A DNA stretch of 53,295 nucleotides from a virus (Duplodnaviria; Caudoviricetes), in the IMG/VR virus record IMGVR_UViG_3300021085_000042, positions 1 through 53,295 of that record, one strand, 5' to 3'. Below, piece by piece: positions 26,642-36,085 of this stretch (position 1 is the stretch's first letter; each line of letters begins with the position of its first letter). Under the pieces are notes generated by a model, which did not search any database, was not told the origin of the DNA, and saw nothing but the letters and a program-made list of their open reading frames with translations. The translations under genes and the position numbers were made by a program.

Positions 26642-29142
26642 GAGAAAAATCCCTCCAATGAGTTTATGTGTTCAAGTTCCCAGTTGATGGCATCAGACAC
26701 CATCTTCAACGGCTCTTTGAACGTTTTGTTAAATTGAGTTTCATAGTCAACATCACTATCTAGACCAAACTCTTTAGGCAAAAACTGCGGAAAAGATATT
26801 ACATTTTCCATCAGAGGATTAGGCACTTTCATGTAACAGAATTTTACCTTACTGCCATTCTTAACTTCTTCTACAGACAAACCATACTTCTTGATCTGTT
26901 GATTAAAGAGAAGTGCGCCTCTGACGTGGATAGGAGTACCTTTCTTATAGATGGTATTCGTATCTCGCCACTTTTCAATGTCACTCACACCACGAGGAAA
27001 TGATACATCTTCAGGTGGTAAAGACTTGAACTCTTCATAGAAGTTCTTCACAAATTCTTGCAATTCTTTCTCTGTAGAGTTAAGCATAATGCGGTACGCT
27101 TTTACAAATTTGTCACGCACCACTTGAGGCGTTGAGGACTTGACGGCTTCAATGCCCATAATTTTGAGTTTTGGTTCTGCGTATTGAACCCCTTCGTTGT
27201 TGTGTACGTTAAGTATATAGCGTTTCTTTGCCATCCATATACCCTTGTCTGCTATAGCTTCACGTGCCATGACCATACGATTGTCGTATGCATTCATATT
27301 TTCAAACATATTGTGGTACGCTTTCTCTAAGATAGGCACCAGTTTTTGTTCACACGCTTGATCGATAAACTTCACCGGATCATTAGGCTTCACTGCCTCA
27401 ACAAGAGGTCCCATGTTAACATATAACGAATCAGTGTCCATAGCGATCACATAATCTTCATCATCAGATTTCAATATGTTATTCATGGCTCTGTTCATAG
27501 CCTGCTCTGCCCATTTGATAGATAGCTGACCAGACAATGTGATGCCTTCTGCGATAACCATTTCAAAGTATCTAAAGTATTGATTACCTAAAGCACCATA
27601 AAGAGAGTTCAGCAAAATCTTAATAGCTTGCTGAGTGTTCTCTAGTATATTTATCTGTCTCTTCAAGTCTGCTGAGTTTTGACCTTCATTTTCTTGCTTA
27701 AGTTTAAGCATCTCTTTTTTGATCACAGCACGTTCATCATAAAGACCAATAATGATAGTTGGGAAAACACCACGCTTATCTTTACGATACATCGAACCAT
27801 TAGCGGCAACTGATAGGTCACGTTCTCTAGGTGCATCAGACACTGGATTCTTTAGATAATGTTCTACACCACTAGCAGTGAAATCATCACCTTTAACTAG
27901 TGTCTCGGGTGACATATTGTACTGCACGATGAGGTTGGGATAAAGTGAGTTTAAGTCAAATGACGTTACCCATTCAGTCATGCCAACTTTAGGCTCTTTC
28001 ACATAACCACCAGGATATGGATCTTTATGCTTGCGAGTGGCAGGTGGCACTGCAATTTTGAGATCGTACAGATATCGATATATGATTGAATCCCATATAC
28101 CAGTTGTACCGAACGCATCATTGTAGTTCACGCCACCTTTGTATGCCACGATCAATGCTAGATCCATCAAACCAGTTTGCTTGTCTATCTTATCAACGAC
28201 TTGAACGTCACGAATATTATAGTCAATAAACTTCTGGTGATTTTGTTTATAGAGTCCATGTAGAGAACCGTATTCAGAGTAAGAAAGTTTCTTCTCACCT
28301 AGAACAACAGACGCTATGTGATCTAATGCATATGATGCCTGATTACCATAGGTAAAACCAAACTTTTGAAACAGGTCAAAGTAATCGACTTGCTGTACAC
28401 CGTATATCTCGTAAGCATCCATCTCTTTGCCTTTGATGCCAATCTTTCTGTACTTTGTGATACCGAAAGGAGAGAACTGCTTTGCTACTTTGTCACCGAG
28501 TATACGAATAGTACGATTGATCATATACGGAACATCGAATAGTCGAATGTTCCAACCAGTTAGAATGTCTGGACAGTTTGCATGCCAAAACGTTAGAAAC
28601 TTTAGCATCAGGTCTTCTTCATTTTCACAAAGACGATACTGTACCATACATCCGTCTAGCTTGAGTTCACAGTCTTCTAGGCGCCATTCGCCAAGACCCC
28701 AAACGTGATACACTTTAGACTTACTGCTTTTGTATGCAATCGAAATGATAGGATGCTTGGCTTCATCTGGCTCTGGGAATCCATCATCAGATGCAACTTC
28801 GATATCGATATTACCAACCTCGATACGTTTTAGATCATATTTGATTTGACCAGGAAACTTATCTTGGATGAATTGAGCAACAAAGTTGTTATTGCCATAT
28901 ATCTTAAAGTTATCTACACTCTCATACTTCTTGACGAATTCAGTCGCTTCTTGCATAGAGTCGAGTTGAATAGGGTCAACAGGCACGCCATCGAAAGATT
29001 TCCAACCACTCTCATTTTTCGAAGATTTAAGATACATCGTTGGTTTGAACGGTATCTTCGTTTGAATGCGTTTACCATCATCCGTGTAGCCACGAAATAA
29101 AATGTTACTGCCATAGCGATTTACGCAGGTATAAAAACTCAT
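26638..29142 (-). CDS. gp43: Family B DNA polymerase gp43
   Basis: DIEV exonuclease motif, FDLNSLYP, KILLNSLYG, DTDS, KKRY; C-terminal clamp motif SLEGFFS. Confidence 0.97.
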   Translation of the reverse strand: MSFYTCVNRYGSNILFRGYTDDGKRIQTKIPFKPTMYLKSSKNESGWKSFDGVPVDPIQLDSMQEATEFVKKYESVDNFKIYGNNNFVAQFIQDKFPGQIKYDLKRIEVGNIDIEVASDDGFPEPDEAKHPIISIAYKSSKSKVYHVWGLGEWRLEDCELKLDGCMVQYRLCENEEDLMLKFLTFWHANCPDILTGWNIRLFDVPYMINRTIRILGDKVAKQFSPFGITKYRKIGIKGKEMDAYEIYGVQQVDYFDLFQKFGFTYGNQASYALDHIASVVLGEKKLSYSEYGSLHGLYKQNHQKFIDYNIRDVQVVDKIDKQTGLMDLALIVAYKGGVNYNDAFGTTGIWDSIIYRYLYDLKIAVPPATRKHKDPYPGGYVKEPKVGMTEWVTSFDLNSLYPNLIVQYNMSPETLVKGDDFTASGVEHYLKNPVSDAPRERDLSVAANGSMYRKDKRGVFPTIIIGLYDERAVIKKEMLKLKQENEGQNSADLKRQINILENTQQAIKILLNSLYGALGNQYFRYFEMVIAEGITLSGQLSIKWAEQAMNRAMNNILKSDDEDYVIAMDTDSLYVNMGPLVEAVKPNDPVKFIDQACEQKLVPILEKAYHNMFENMNAYDNRMVMAREAIADKGIWMAKKRYILNVHNNEGVQYAEPKLKIMGIEAVKSSTPQVVRDKFVKAYRIMLNSTEKELQEFVKNFYEEFKSLPPEDVSFPRGVSDIEKWRDTNTIYKKGTPIHVRGALLFNQQIKKYGLSVEEVKNGSKVKFCYMKVPNPLMENVISFPQFLPKEFGLDSDVDYETQFNKTFKEPLKMVSDAINWELEHINSLEGFFS

Positions 29143-29171
29143 AAGACCTCAATCTGTTTCATATAATGTAC

Positions 29172-29200
29172 AATGTATCACGTATGATACACTTTGTCAA
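29172..29200 (-). promoter_or_regulatory. Sigma70-type promoter for gp43
   Basis: TTGACA-N17-TACATT. Confidence 0.6.
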
Positions 29201-29205
29201 GTAGT

Positions 29206-30312
29206 TTAGTCGCTTCTTTCACCGAAGCCATAGTCGATAACCACAGGAAATCTTGGCACGCCATCAGGTGTAAGACCAAAATATCTTAGTGTAGCCCATG
29301 TTGGTGTATCACCAACTTCCCACAACTCTTTTAAGACTTCTTGCTTGCCTCTAACTCCAGCTCCACAAGTTGCTCCATTTGGCAGAGTAAGAGCAAAATG
29401 CTTTACATGGCCTGCCCAGTTGCCTTGACCTTCAAGCATAGAGACCACTTGAAATTCTTCAGTGATAAACTCTTTACGCTTTAAAAGGTTGTTACTTCTC
29501 TTGTTCTCGTAGGTTGTGTTGTTTCTTACCATCTGACCTTCATAGCCATCTGTCATGTAAGAACTGTAGAACTCATCAAGTTGTTCTTGTGTTTGTGCGA
29601 AGTCAGTTTGAACGATCTTTACAACATCACTCTTTGCTCCGTAAGCCAGTTTAATTCTGTTGATAAACAACATATCTTCTACGTAGCAATCGTACACGTG
29701 GTACTGAACAAGAGATGCAGACTCGGCAATGCTTTCGGGAGTCGCATTCAACTTTCTCACAAGACTGGTAATCTTGTTAAAGTCTTCTTTAAGTTCATGG
29801 TTGTATAGTTCGCCATCTAAGATGATACCAGGATTTGCTTCAATGAATGGCTTCACTGATTCCCAGATATGTGGACAACTCGTAATCTCTTTGCCTGCTC
29901 TAGTCCACAATCCAGATGAGTTTGCTATACATCTGATGCCGTCTAGTTTAGGTTGACTCCAGCCCTCTGATTGAGGACGTTTAGTGTAGTCACCTGCAAG
30001 CATAGGCTTAAACTTTTCGTAGGTGTCAATTAGCTTGATGTCAGAGAAGTATTCTTTCTCGGTCTTCTTATCCCAATTTGCTTGGGCTTCTGCTAAGGCT
30101 TGAGTGATATTGGTCGTTGCGTTGACCTTTCCAACGTTTTTTGGTGTGGATAGTTTCCATCCAGAGGTCACTAACTGACCCTCTTGTATGCCTGCAACTG
30201 ATCTAGTGCCAGCGGTGGTTTCATCATCATAACCATACTCAATGGTCAGAACTCTTACTTTACCTTTAGTATCACGCTTATAGAGCGTAGGTAGTGCGAT
30301 CACATTTTTCAT
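29206..30312 (-). CDS. ATP-dependent DNA ligase
   Basis: PMLA, PKLDGIRC, LDGELY, YEGQMVR, LLKRK, PRFP; start MKNVI. Confidence 0.9.
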   Translation of the reverse strand: MKNVIALPTLYKRDTKGKVRVLTIEYGYDDETTAGTRSVAGIQEGQLVTSGWKLSTPKNVGKVNATTNITQALAEAQANWDKKTEKEYFSDIKLIDTYEKFKPMLAGDYTKRPQSEGWSQPKLDGIRCIANSSGLWTRAGKEITSCPHIWESVKPFIEANPGIILDGELYNHELKEDFNKITSLVRKLNATPESIAESASLVQYHVYDCYVEDMLFINRIKLAYGAKSDVVKIVQTDFAQTQEQLDEFYSSYMTDGYEGQMVRNNTTYENKRSNNLLKRKEFITEEFQVVSMLEGQGNWAGHVKHFALTLPNGATCGAGVRGKQEVLKELWEVGDTPTWATLRYFGLTPDGVPRFPVVIDYGFGERSD

Positions 30313-30336
30313 ATTATATCTCCAATTAGAACGTAC

Positions 30337-30365
30337 ATTATAACACGGCATAGACCAATTGTCAA
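30337..30365 (-). promoter_or_regulatory. Consensus sigma70 promoter for ligase
   Basis: TTGACA-N17-TATAAT. Confidence 0.8.
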
Positions 30366-30379
30366 GCATTATTTAAGTA

Positions 30380-30547
30380 TTACCAGCCTGTTTTGATCCT
30401 CGTGTCAAACTGATATTGTTTACACTCTTTAATGGTGGCAGAAATGCCCTCATCTATCTCTTTCTGGCACAGTTTGTTCAATTTAGAATTGCCCTCAACT
30501 GCACTGATAGTGCCTATTGCTATTATTACCCAAAACACAATACTCAT
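30380..30547 (-). CDS. Small membrane-anchored or secreted protein, 55 aa
   Basis: Hand translation MSIVFWVIIAIGTISAVEGNSKLNKLCQKEIDEGISATIKECKQYQFDTRIKTGW; AGGAG RBS. Confidence 0.65.
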   Translation of the reverse strand: MSIVFWVIIAIGTISAVEGNSKLNKLCQKEIDEGISATIKECKQYQFDTRIKTGW

Positions 30548-30569
30548 TGTCTCTCCTGTAATTTAAATG

Positions 30570-30596
30570 AAAAAAGGAGCGTTGTTCACGCTCCTT
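30570..30596 (-). terminator. Intrinsic terminator
   Basis: AAGGAGCG-TGAACAA-CGCTCCTTTTTT. Confidence 0.8.
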
Positions 30597-30612
30597 AGAT
30601 TGGTGACTACAC

Positions 30613-30846
30613 TTACTTCTTTTCAGATACGAAAGTGTAAAGTTCCTTGGCTTTCTCCATCAACTCATCCATTGAATACATTTTATAAGCATCTTGAAGG
30701 CAGTCTTCAACATCTTTACGGGCTTTTTCGCCCTCTGCGATCATGTTCTCATAGAACTGGATGTTCATATGATACTGCTGATCCATGTAATCTTTTGCAA
30801 GCTTGAGCATTTCTGCTCGGATTTCGAAGGGATTTTTATTAGACAT
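30613..30846 (-). CDS. Conserved hypothetical protein
   Basis: MSNKNPFEIRAEMLKLAKDY...KAKELYTFV; AGGAG RBS. Confidence 0.7.
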   Translation of the reverse strand: MSNKNPFEIRAEMLKLAKDYMDQQYHMNIQFYENMIAEGEKARKDVEDCLQDAYKMYSMDELMEKAKELYTFVSEKK

Positions 30847-30881
30847 ACTTTTCTCCTGTGTTGTGTGTGTTGTCTTCATTC

Positions 30882-31004
30882 TTAGGATATGCTACCCAGA
30901 CAAGTAGCTATTACAAAGACGCATACTACGCTCAGTGCAACTTGTGCAACCGCATCGCAAAATGTGCCATCGCAACTCTTCAGAAAAGAGATTGCTCTGT
31001 TCAT
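30882..31004 (-). CDS. Small Cys-containing membrane peptide, 40 aa
   Basis: MNRAISFLKSCDGTFCDAVAQVALSVVCVFVIATCLGSIS; AGGAG upstream. Confidence 0.5.
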   Translation of the reverse strand: MNRAISFLKSCDGTFCDAVAQVALSVVCVFVIATCLGSIS

Positions 31005-31036
31005 CAGCTTTTTGACTCCTATAGTTAGCTGTGAAA

Positions 31037-31064
31037 TTAAAGGACGGAGCTTTCACTCCGTCCC
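31037..31064 (-). terminator. Hairpin/terminator after hsp20
   Basis: GGACGGAG-TGAAAG-CTCCGTCC then TTTAATTT. Confidence 0.65.
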
Positions 31065-31072
31065 ACCTTGTA

Positions 31073-31531
31073 TTACTCAGTGAGTAATTCTTTGGTATCC
31101 TGAAGAGTTTTCCCGATAGAAATCTTCTTCGGTTTTTGCTCTTCTGGGATAACGTTTTCTAACAGAATACGAAGCATTCCGTTCTCTAGGGAAGCATCTC
31201 TGACCACTACAGTCTCAGCTAAGGTGAACTTTCTACTGAAAGCACGTGCGGCAATGCCTCTATGAAGATACTCTTTCTCATCTGAGGCATCAGGACTATT
31301 ACCTTCAATGGTAAGTTGCCCGTCTTTTACCTCAATGTCAATCGATTCTTCAGTAAAGCCTGCTACGGCTAATTCCACAATATAAGTTGTATCACTTTCT
31401 TTAGTGATATTATATGGCGGGTATGAGTTCGCTTTTACCTGTCCTTCATTATGAAGTGATGTAATGCGATCAAAAATCCTATCAAAACCTACAGTCGTGA
31501 AAGGGTCGTATTGTGTTTGCAAATAAGTCAT
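31073..31531 (-). CDS. hsp20: Small heat-shock protein (Hsp20/IbpA-like)
   Basis: GFDR, YPPYNI, LAVAGF, YLHRGIAARAF, LENGMLRI. Confidence 0.93.
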   Translation of the reverse strand: MTYLQTQYDPFTTVGFDRIFDRITSLHNEGQVKANSYPPYNITKESDTTYIVELAVAGFTEESIDIEVKDGQLTIEGNSPDASDEKEYLHRGIAARAFSRKFTLAETVVVRDASLENGMLRILLENVIPEEQKPKKISIGKTLQDTKELLTE

Positions 31532-31602
31532 TATTGACCTCCTATATTTAGCAAGGGTTAATTTAAGTAAGTCCCCTAAGGCAACTTACATCTTTATTTA
31601 TA
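31532..31602 (-). promoter_or_regulatory. Late promoter plus ROSE-like RNA thermometer 5'UTR
   Basis: TATAAATA 31595-31602; hairpin GTAAGTT/GACTTAC; then CCTTGCT-AAATAT-AGGAGG. Confidence 0.65.
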
Positions 31603-31676
31603 CATGCAATATGGTAATGTTCTGAAAAAAATACATGATATTTAGTAATAACATGTATTACTGTACTACATGAGTA

Positions 31677-32348
31677 CTAGACTCCAGTAGAACCAAATCC
31701 ACCAGTACGACTGGTCTTTGATTGAGGCTCATCATGAACTTCTACAAACTCAAAACTATTATGTTGTATTACTTCAGCTTGAGCAATGCGGTCGCCATCG
31801 TTTACAGTGAACACTTCGTTTGAGTTGTTTATTAGCATAACGTATGTCTGCTGTACATAGTCGGCATCGACTACTCCTTCACAGTTTGCTAATGATATGC
31901 CTTGTTTCCATGCAAGTCCAGATCGTGGATGAATACGCATAGACTGGTCATCGTCTAGATCAAATACTAGTCCTGTGGGAACTAAACATCTCTCGCCTGA
32001 ATATAAGACGAATGATCCATTGTGACAGCTTACTTGTCTCTTATGGTTTACTACATCGATGACCTTAATCATATCTCCGTCTTGCATCGATACCTTAAGA
32101 TCAAAACAGGCTGCCCACTCTGTTCCAAGTTCTGGCATATGGGCTTCTGGAAATAGTTTGTATACTTTGACTTCAACCTTATCGGCTAAATCGGACATCA
32201 CTCTCATCTGATCATCGATACTGCTTTTGATAGTATAGTTAAGAGTATAAGGAATAGATCCATTAGTGTCTAACGTATACGTAGTCGGTGCGTAATTTAT
32301 GGGTGAAGCAAGTTCTGGAAATAGTTCAAGTTGTTGCGAAACGGACAT
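31677..32348 (-). CDS. dut: Trimeric dUTPase with N-terminal extension
   Basis: AACFDL, LVPTGL, PRSGLA, GVVDADY, GDRIAQ, RTGGFGSTG. Confidence 0.92.
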   Translation of the reverse strand: MSVSQQLELFPELASPINYAPTTYTLDTNGSIPYTLNYTIKSSIDDQMRVMSDLADKVEVKVYKLFPEAHMPELGTEWAACFDLKVSMQDGDMIKVIDVVNHKRQVSCHNGSFVLYSGERCLVPTGLVFDLDDDQSMRIHPRSGLAWKQGISLANCEGVVDADYVQQTYVMLINNSNEVFTVNDGDRIAQAEVIQHNSFEFVEVHDEPQSKTSRTGGFGSTGV

Positions 32349-32349
32349 A

Positions 32350-32556
32350 TTAGTTTTCCTCTATTCTATAAAGTGGCTCAACGTGAATAGAGTCATGATA
32401 GTCTCCATCACTTAGGTTTCTGCGTACAGCCGTACGCTTTACAAAGTACCCATCATTGATATAATAGGTAATAAGTTCTTGACTGACTACAGAATCGTTA
32501 TCAAGAAAGTTAAAATAATCGTGGGTAAATGGACCAGTCTTGTCTTTCACTTCCAT
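32350..32556 (-). CDS. Hypothetical protein
   Basis: 68-aa ORF with GGAG RBS. Confidence 0.6.
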   Translation of the reverse strand: MEVKDKTGPFTHDYFNFLDNDSVVSQELITYYINDGYFVKRTAVRRNLSDGDYHDSIHVEPLYRIEEN

Positions 32557-32571
32557 AGTATAATTCTCCAG

Positions 32572-32967
32572 TTATCGTTTTTTGCCTATACTATACTTCG
32601 CAATCAATTCCCACTCACCTTTTTCTTTGTGAGGCAGAATCTTAATTTGTGACAATGGAGATGTGGGCTCTTTGATCTTTTCAGAATCAACAGTCTTCAC
32701 AAGATCCCATTCCTCTAACAAAGTAATGATCGTATTTCTACGGGCTTTATCTTCTTCTGAGAAATCGTTAATCTTACCATCTAACATAAACAATTCTTTG
32801 AAGTGTACGATGTAGTACTTACCTTGCTTGTGCAAGATATGGCACGACTGAAACAACTTCTGTTCTTTCTTAGAGGCAATACCTATTCGAGTTAGAGTTT
32901 CTTTAACTTTAAGAAAACTCTCTTCGTTAGGTAGAGTTACCTCTACTAACTTATCTAATAAATTCAT
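32572..32967 (-). CDS. regA: Translational repressor RegA
   Basis: FLKVKETLTRIGIAS...QSCHILHKQGKYYIVHFKELF. Confidence 0.95.
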   Translation of the reverse strand: MNLLDKLVEVTLPNEESFLKVKETLTRIGIASKKEQKLFQSCHILHKQGKYYIVHFKELFMLDGKINDFSEEDKARRNTIITLLEEWDLVKTVDSEKIKEPTSPLSQIKILPHKEKGEWELIAKYSIGKKR

Positions 32968-33359
32968 TTTTTCAAACCACCTGTTTCTTGTTGTTTTTTC
33001 ATAATTTCTAGTTCTCCACTAGACAACAAGGATAGATACTCTTGACCAACTGTTCTATTACATTGATAATAGGCACACACAATATCGAGTTCCTCATTTC
33101 CAGCATTCTTAACCCACTTTGCCCATCGCTTTTTAGGTCTAATGCTATTTATAAGACACTCGTACTGGGGTCGTTTATCCAGTTCGTGATTCATATTCAT
33201 TAGGTTTGCATGTAGAATAGTATCTACATGATACGAAAGTGCATTGTTTACCAACCAAGGCTCGTAGCCTTTTTCTGCCAATGCATCGTTTTCACTGTCA
33301 CGCATCATATTCTTTTTCGTCTGCGTGATAGATGTTACATAATCAAATGGATTCGCCAT
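32964..33359 (-). CDS. gp62: Clamp loader small subunit gp62
   Basis: NPFDYVTSI...YEPWLVNNALSY...RPKKRWAKW; position before regA. Confidence 0.85.
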   Translation of the reverse strand: MANPFDYVTSITQTKKNMMRDSENDALAEKGYEPWLVNNALSYHVDTILHANLMNMNHELDKRPQYECLINSIRPKKRWAKWVKNAGNEELDIVCAYYQCNRTVGQEYLSLLSSGELEIMKKQQETGGLKK

Positions 33360-33543
33360 AATCGACATCCTTATTCACATTAGGCTTGTTCATTTCTTCC
33401 GAACACTTCTTACAAACGTAAGCAGTGCCGGTGCCGCCTTGATACTTATAACGCACTTCACTATAATCTTTACCAATCTTCTTGTTGCACACTAAACACG
33501 GGTGACTTGAAGATTGATTTTTAAACTTACTAAACAAATTCAT
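33343..33543 (-). CDS. Small zinc-finger protein
   Basis: CLVC...CKKC. Confidence 0.55.
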   Translation of the reverse strand: MNLFSKFKNQSSSHPCLVCNKKIGKDYSEVRYKYQGGTGTAYVCKKCSEEMNKPNVNKDVDYGESI

Positions 33544-34004
33544 TTCTTGCCCCTCACGTTCAAGAGCGGGCTAAGTATACGTATCAAAGACTTCTCAATA
33601 TCATCGTGAGAAAGATCAGTCTGTTGAACCAAAGGATACACTCGTATGGTCATGTTAGAGAAGTCTTCACCCCACATAGAACGATACTTAGTTGCGGCTG
33701 GATGCTTCTCATCTGACCTAGACTTTCTGCGGACTTCTTTCACAAATCTACCTAATCTAGTACCCATGCTTGTACCAGACTTTCCGGTATACAAGCAGTG
33801 ATGATCTTTCCATATAGAATAGAAACCACTTTTTTGGTGAATAGGATCAGACTTCTTTTCGAGAATGCCAGTATCATGTGTTAGTTTAAATCCCATCTTA
33901 GTGTCAGGATCTATAGTAATATCGTAGCTAGTATCACAGTATTCTACCAGAGATTCAGCTATATCGTCTGCTGTAAATACGTACTGTCCAAAGAGATTAA
34001 GCAT
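33540..34004 (-). CDS. GIY-YIG-like nuclease domain protein
   Basis: SGFYSIW...LYTGKS...RL, late E and PLLN; TAATG coupling to gp44. Confidence 0.55.
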   Translation of the reverse strand: MLNLFGQYVFTADDIAESLVEYCDTSYDITIDPDTKMGFKLTHDTGILEKKSDPIHQKSGFYSIWKDHHCLYTGKSGTSMGTRLGRFVKEVRRKSRSDEKHPAATKYRSMWGEDFSNMTIRVYPLVQQTDLSHDDIEKSLIRILSPLLNVRGKK

Positions 34005-34951
34005 TACTTCCATTCCACTTCTGCCATTAGAGTTGCAAGTGCGGCAACACGATTGATTTCTGAATTAGCCACGAAAGCTTCTTTGTATTGATATTCGGCA
34101 AGTATGATTATTGAGTCTGCTACGCTTTGAGTAGACGCAATCTTAGATGGAAGAATGTCATACAACTGTCGATATAGAACTGCTGAATCGACATCTTGAT
34201 TTTCAGCAACCCATTTACGAGTACCGGTAAAATTCTTCTCTTTCATCAGGCTGATCAATGCACTTATGTTATCAGTGGATTTACTTGCTAAGATGCCAGA
34301 GTCAATCCTACCAGTAGAAGCATAACGCTGTAGTTCATTAAGGACTCGGCGCCAATCAGGAAAATAAAGTTGTACAACTTCAGCAACAGACTTTTTATCA
34401 TATTCGATGCCCTCATCATCTAGAATACCACAAACTCTTTTAAAGAAGTCTGCGGCAATCTGTGGTTTATCTTTGTTACTTATATTGAATTCGACCACAC
34501 TGCACCGAGAGTGCAATGGCTCAATGATACGATTCTTAAAGTTACAGGTTAGAATAAAGCCACAGTTCTTTGAGAACTCTTCCATAAAGTTACGAAGTGC
34601 TGGCTGTGTTGAATTTGCATTGAGATAATCGGCTTCATCTAGTATAACGTACTTACGTCCACCAGTGAATGATACACTAGATGCAAAGTTTGAAATGTCG
34701 ATACGTAATGTATCAATGTTACCATTCATCGAACCATTAATGGTAATGTAGTCTGCACCAATCTCATTCAGCATAGCCTTAGCTACAGTTGTCTTACCGA
34801 CACCTGCACGACCAGTCAATAGTAGATTAGGAACATTGTTTTGATCAACGAATTGTTGAAATGTAGTCTTCAACTCTTCTGGAAGAATAGCGTCAGCTAC
34901 GGTCTGTGGTCGATATTTTTCGACCCATAAAAAATCATCTTGCATCATCAA
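34004..34951 (-). CDS. gp44: Clamp loader ATPase gp44
   Basis: LWVEKYRP, GRAGVGKT, ILDEAD, LHSRC. Confidence 0.95.
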   Translation of the reverse strand: MMMQDDFLWVEKYRPQTVADAILPEELKTTFQQFVDQNNVPNLLLTGRAGVGKTTVAKAMLNEIGADYITINGSMNGNIDTLRIDISNFASSVSFTGGRKYVILDEADYLNANSTQPALRNFMEEFSKNCGFILTCNFKNRIIEPLHSRCSVVEFNISNKDKPQIAADFFKRVCGILDDEGIEYDKKSVAEVVQLYFPDWRRVLNELQRYASTGRIDSGILASKSTDNISALISLMKEKNFTGTRKWVAENQDVDSAVLYRQLYDILPSKIASTQSVADSIIILAEYQYKEAFVANSEINRVAALATLMAEVEWK

Positions 34952-34982
34952 TCTCCATAATATAATAAACTTTATACCTTAC

Positions 34983-35011
34983 AGTATAAAGGGTTGAAGG
35001 GAAGAAGTCAA
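34983..35011 (-). promoter_or_regulatory. Sigma70-type promoter overlapping an inverted repeat
   Basis: TTGACT-N17-TATACT; GAAGGGAAGA/TCTTCCCTTC arms. Confidence 0.6.
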
Positions 35012-35041
35012 GTAAACTCAACCTCTTCCCTTCGATCTTTC

Positions 35042-35332
35042 TTAGCCTTCAGCGGGTGCTTCAGCCGGTGCTTCAGCGGGTGCTGAAGGTGCTTCACCAG
35101 GTAGGTTTACTTCTTGACCCTGCTCTTTAGCATGACGTAAGAATGCCATAAAGCGTTCACGTACCATACCTACCGACGCAAGTTCTTCGCCGCGGAATGC
35201 TCCACGAGGTGTAACTGCATCAATAATTTGAACAGCCGCAGAAATATCCTGCAATGAAAGACCAGGAGCTTGTTCTTGCTCTTGACCCTCTACTTGTGCT
35301 TCTTCAGAAGCTACTTGGTTTTCATCTGTCAT
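35042..35332 (-). CDS. Conserved hypothetical protein
   Basis: LSLQDI...IID...RGAFRGEELASVG; APAE repeats. Confidence 0.7.
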   Translation of the reverse strand: MTDENQVASEEAQVEGQEQEQAPGLSLQDISAAVQIIDAVTPRGAFRGEELASVGMVRERFMAFLRHAKEQGQEVNLPGEAPSAPAEAPAEAPAEG

Positions 35333-35356
35333 AATATTCTCCTATATTTATGATGA

Positions 35357-36007
35357 TTAACGAGATTCGATTGCAATCCAGTATTGGACTTTATCGGATT
35401 TAAAGTGTGCCATACCTTTAGAAGACAATGTGACCTCGTAGTCGGTTGGTACCAATTTTAAGTTATCAGTTTTGATGATCATATTAAATGGATCTGTGCT
35501 GACACCTTCAGCAACAACGGTATTGTAATTATCTGCCGTTGATGTTTTGCTGTCGACCGCTGACATGGTAATAGTACTACCATCGCCAATGAAAGCAATC
35601 TCGGGCAATTGAAGAACGCCTGCCGCTTGGCGAACGCTTTCAATATCTTGCCACTTAATATTGACGGATACTTCAGGATCGGGAACGACAATGTCCTTCT
35701 CGGGTGGAGTGACCATCAATGATTCAGATGTATAAGTGTAACGAAGTTCGCTTCTACCACCTTTAATGGTAAAACGATCTTGACCAAATACTACATCTGG
35801 ATTATCGAATAATGCGAGAGTGCTTAAGAACCTGGACAGGTCATAAACACCTGCTTGGGTCTCAACAGTCTCATCGATTGTTGCCGCAGCCATAACTGTT
35901 TTTTGCGGGGATATTGTTCGAACTACTGAACCTGGCTTGAACACAATGCTAGGGTTGATAGTCGAAAAGTTTTTGAGTACGCTCAATGTGTCTGTACTAA
36001 ATTTCAT
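35357..36007 (-). CDS. gp45: Sliding clamp gp45
   Basis: MKFSTDTLSVLKNFSTINPSI, YDLSRFL, YWIAIE; TATAAATA at 36053-36060. Confidence 0.93.
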   Translation of the reverse strand: MKFSTDTLSVLKNFSTINPSIVFKPGSVVRTISPQKTVMAAATIDETVETQAGVYDLSRFLSTLALFDNPDVVFGQDRFTIKGGRSELRYTYTSESLMVTPPEKDIVVPDPEVSVNIKWQDIESVRQAAGVLQLPEIAFIGDGSTITMSAVDSKTSTADNYNTVVAEGVSTDPFNMIIKTDNLKLVPTDYEVTLSSKGMAHFKSDKVQYWIAIESR

Positions 36008-36085
36008 ATTTTATTCACCTTTATTAATAGTTTAAAATCACGTTCTGCGTATTATTTATATCAGAACAGCCAAAAGTTTTCATGA

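Noticed and set aside
1705-29142. Introns or inteins in td, nrdA, nrdB, gp41, uvsX or gp43
   Set aside because: ORFs are continuous and of normal length, with no splicing motifs seen
35046-35096. 12-bp tandem repeats
   Set aside because: They encode an APAE linker; no spacers, so not CRISPR
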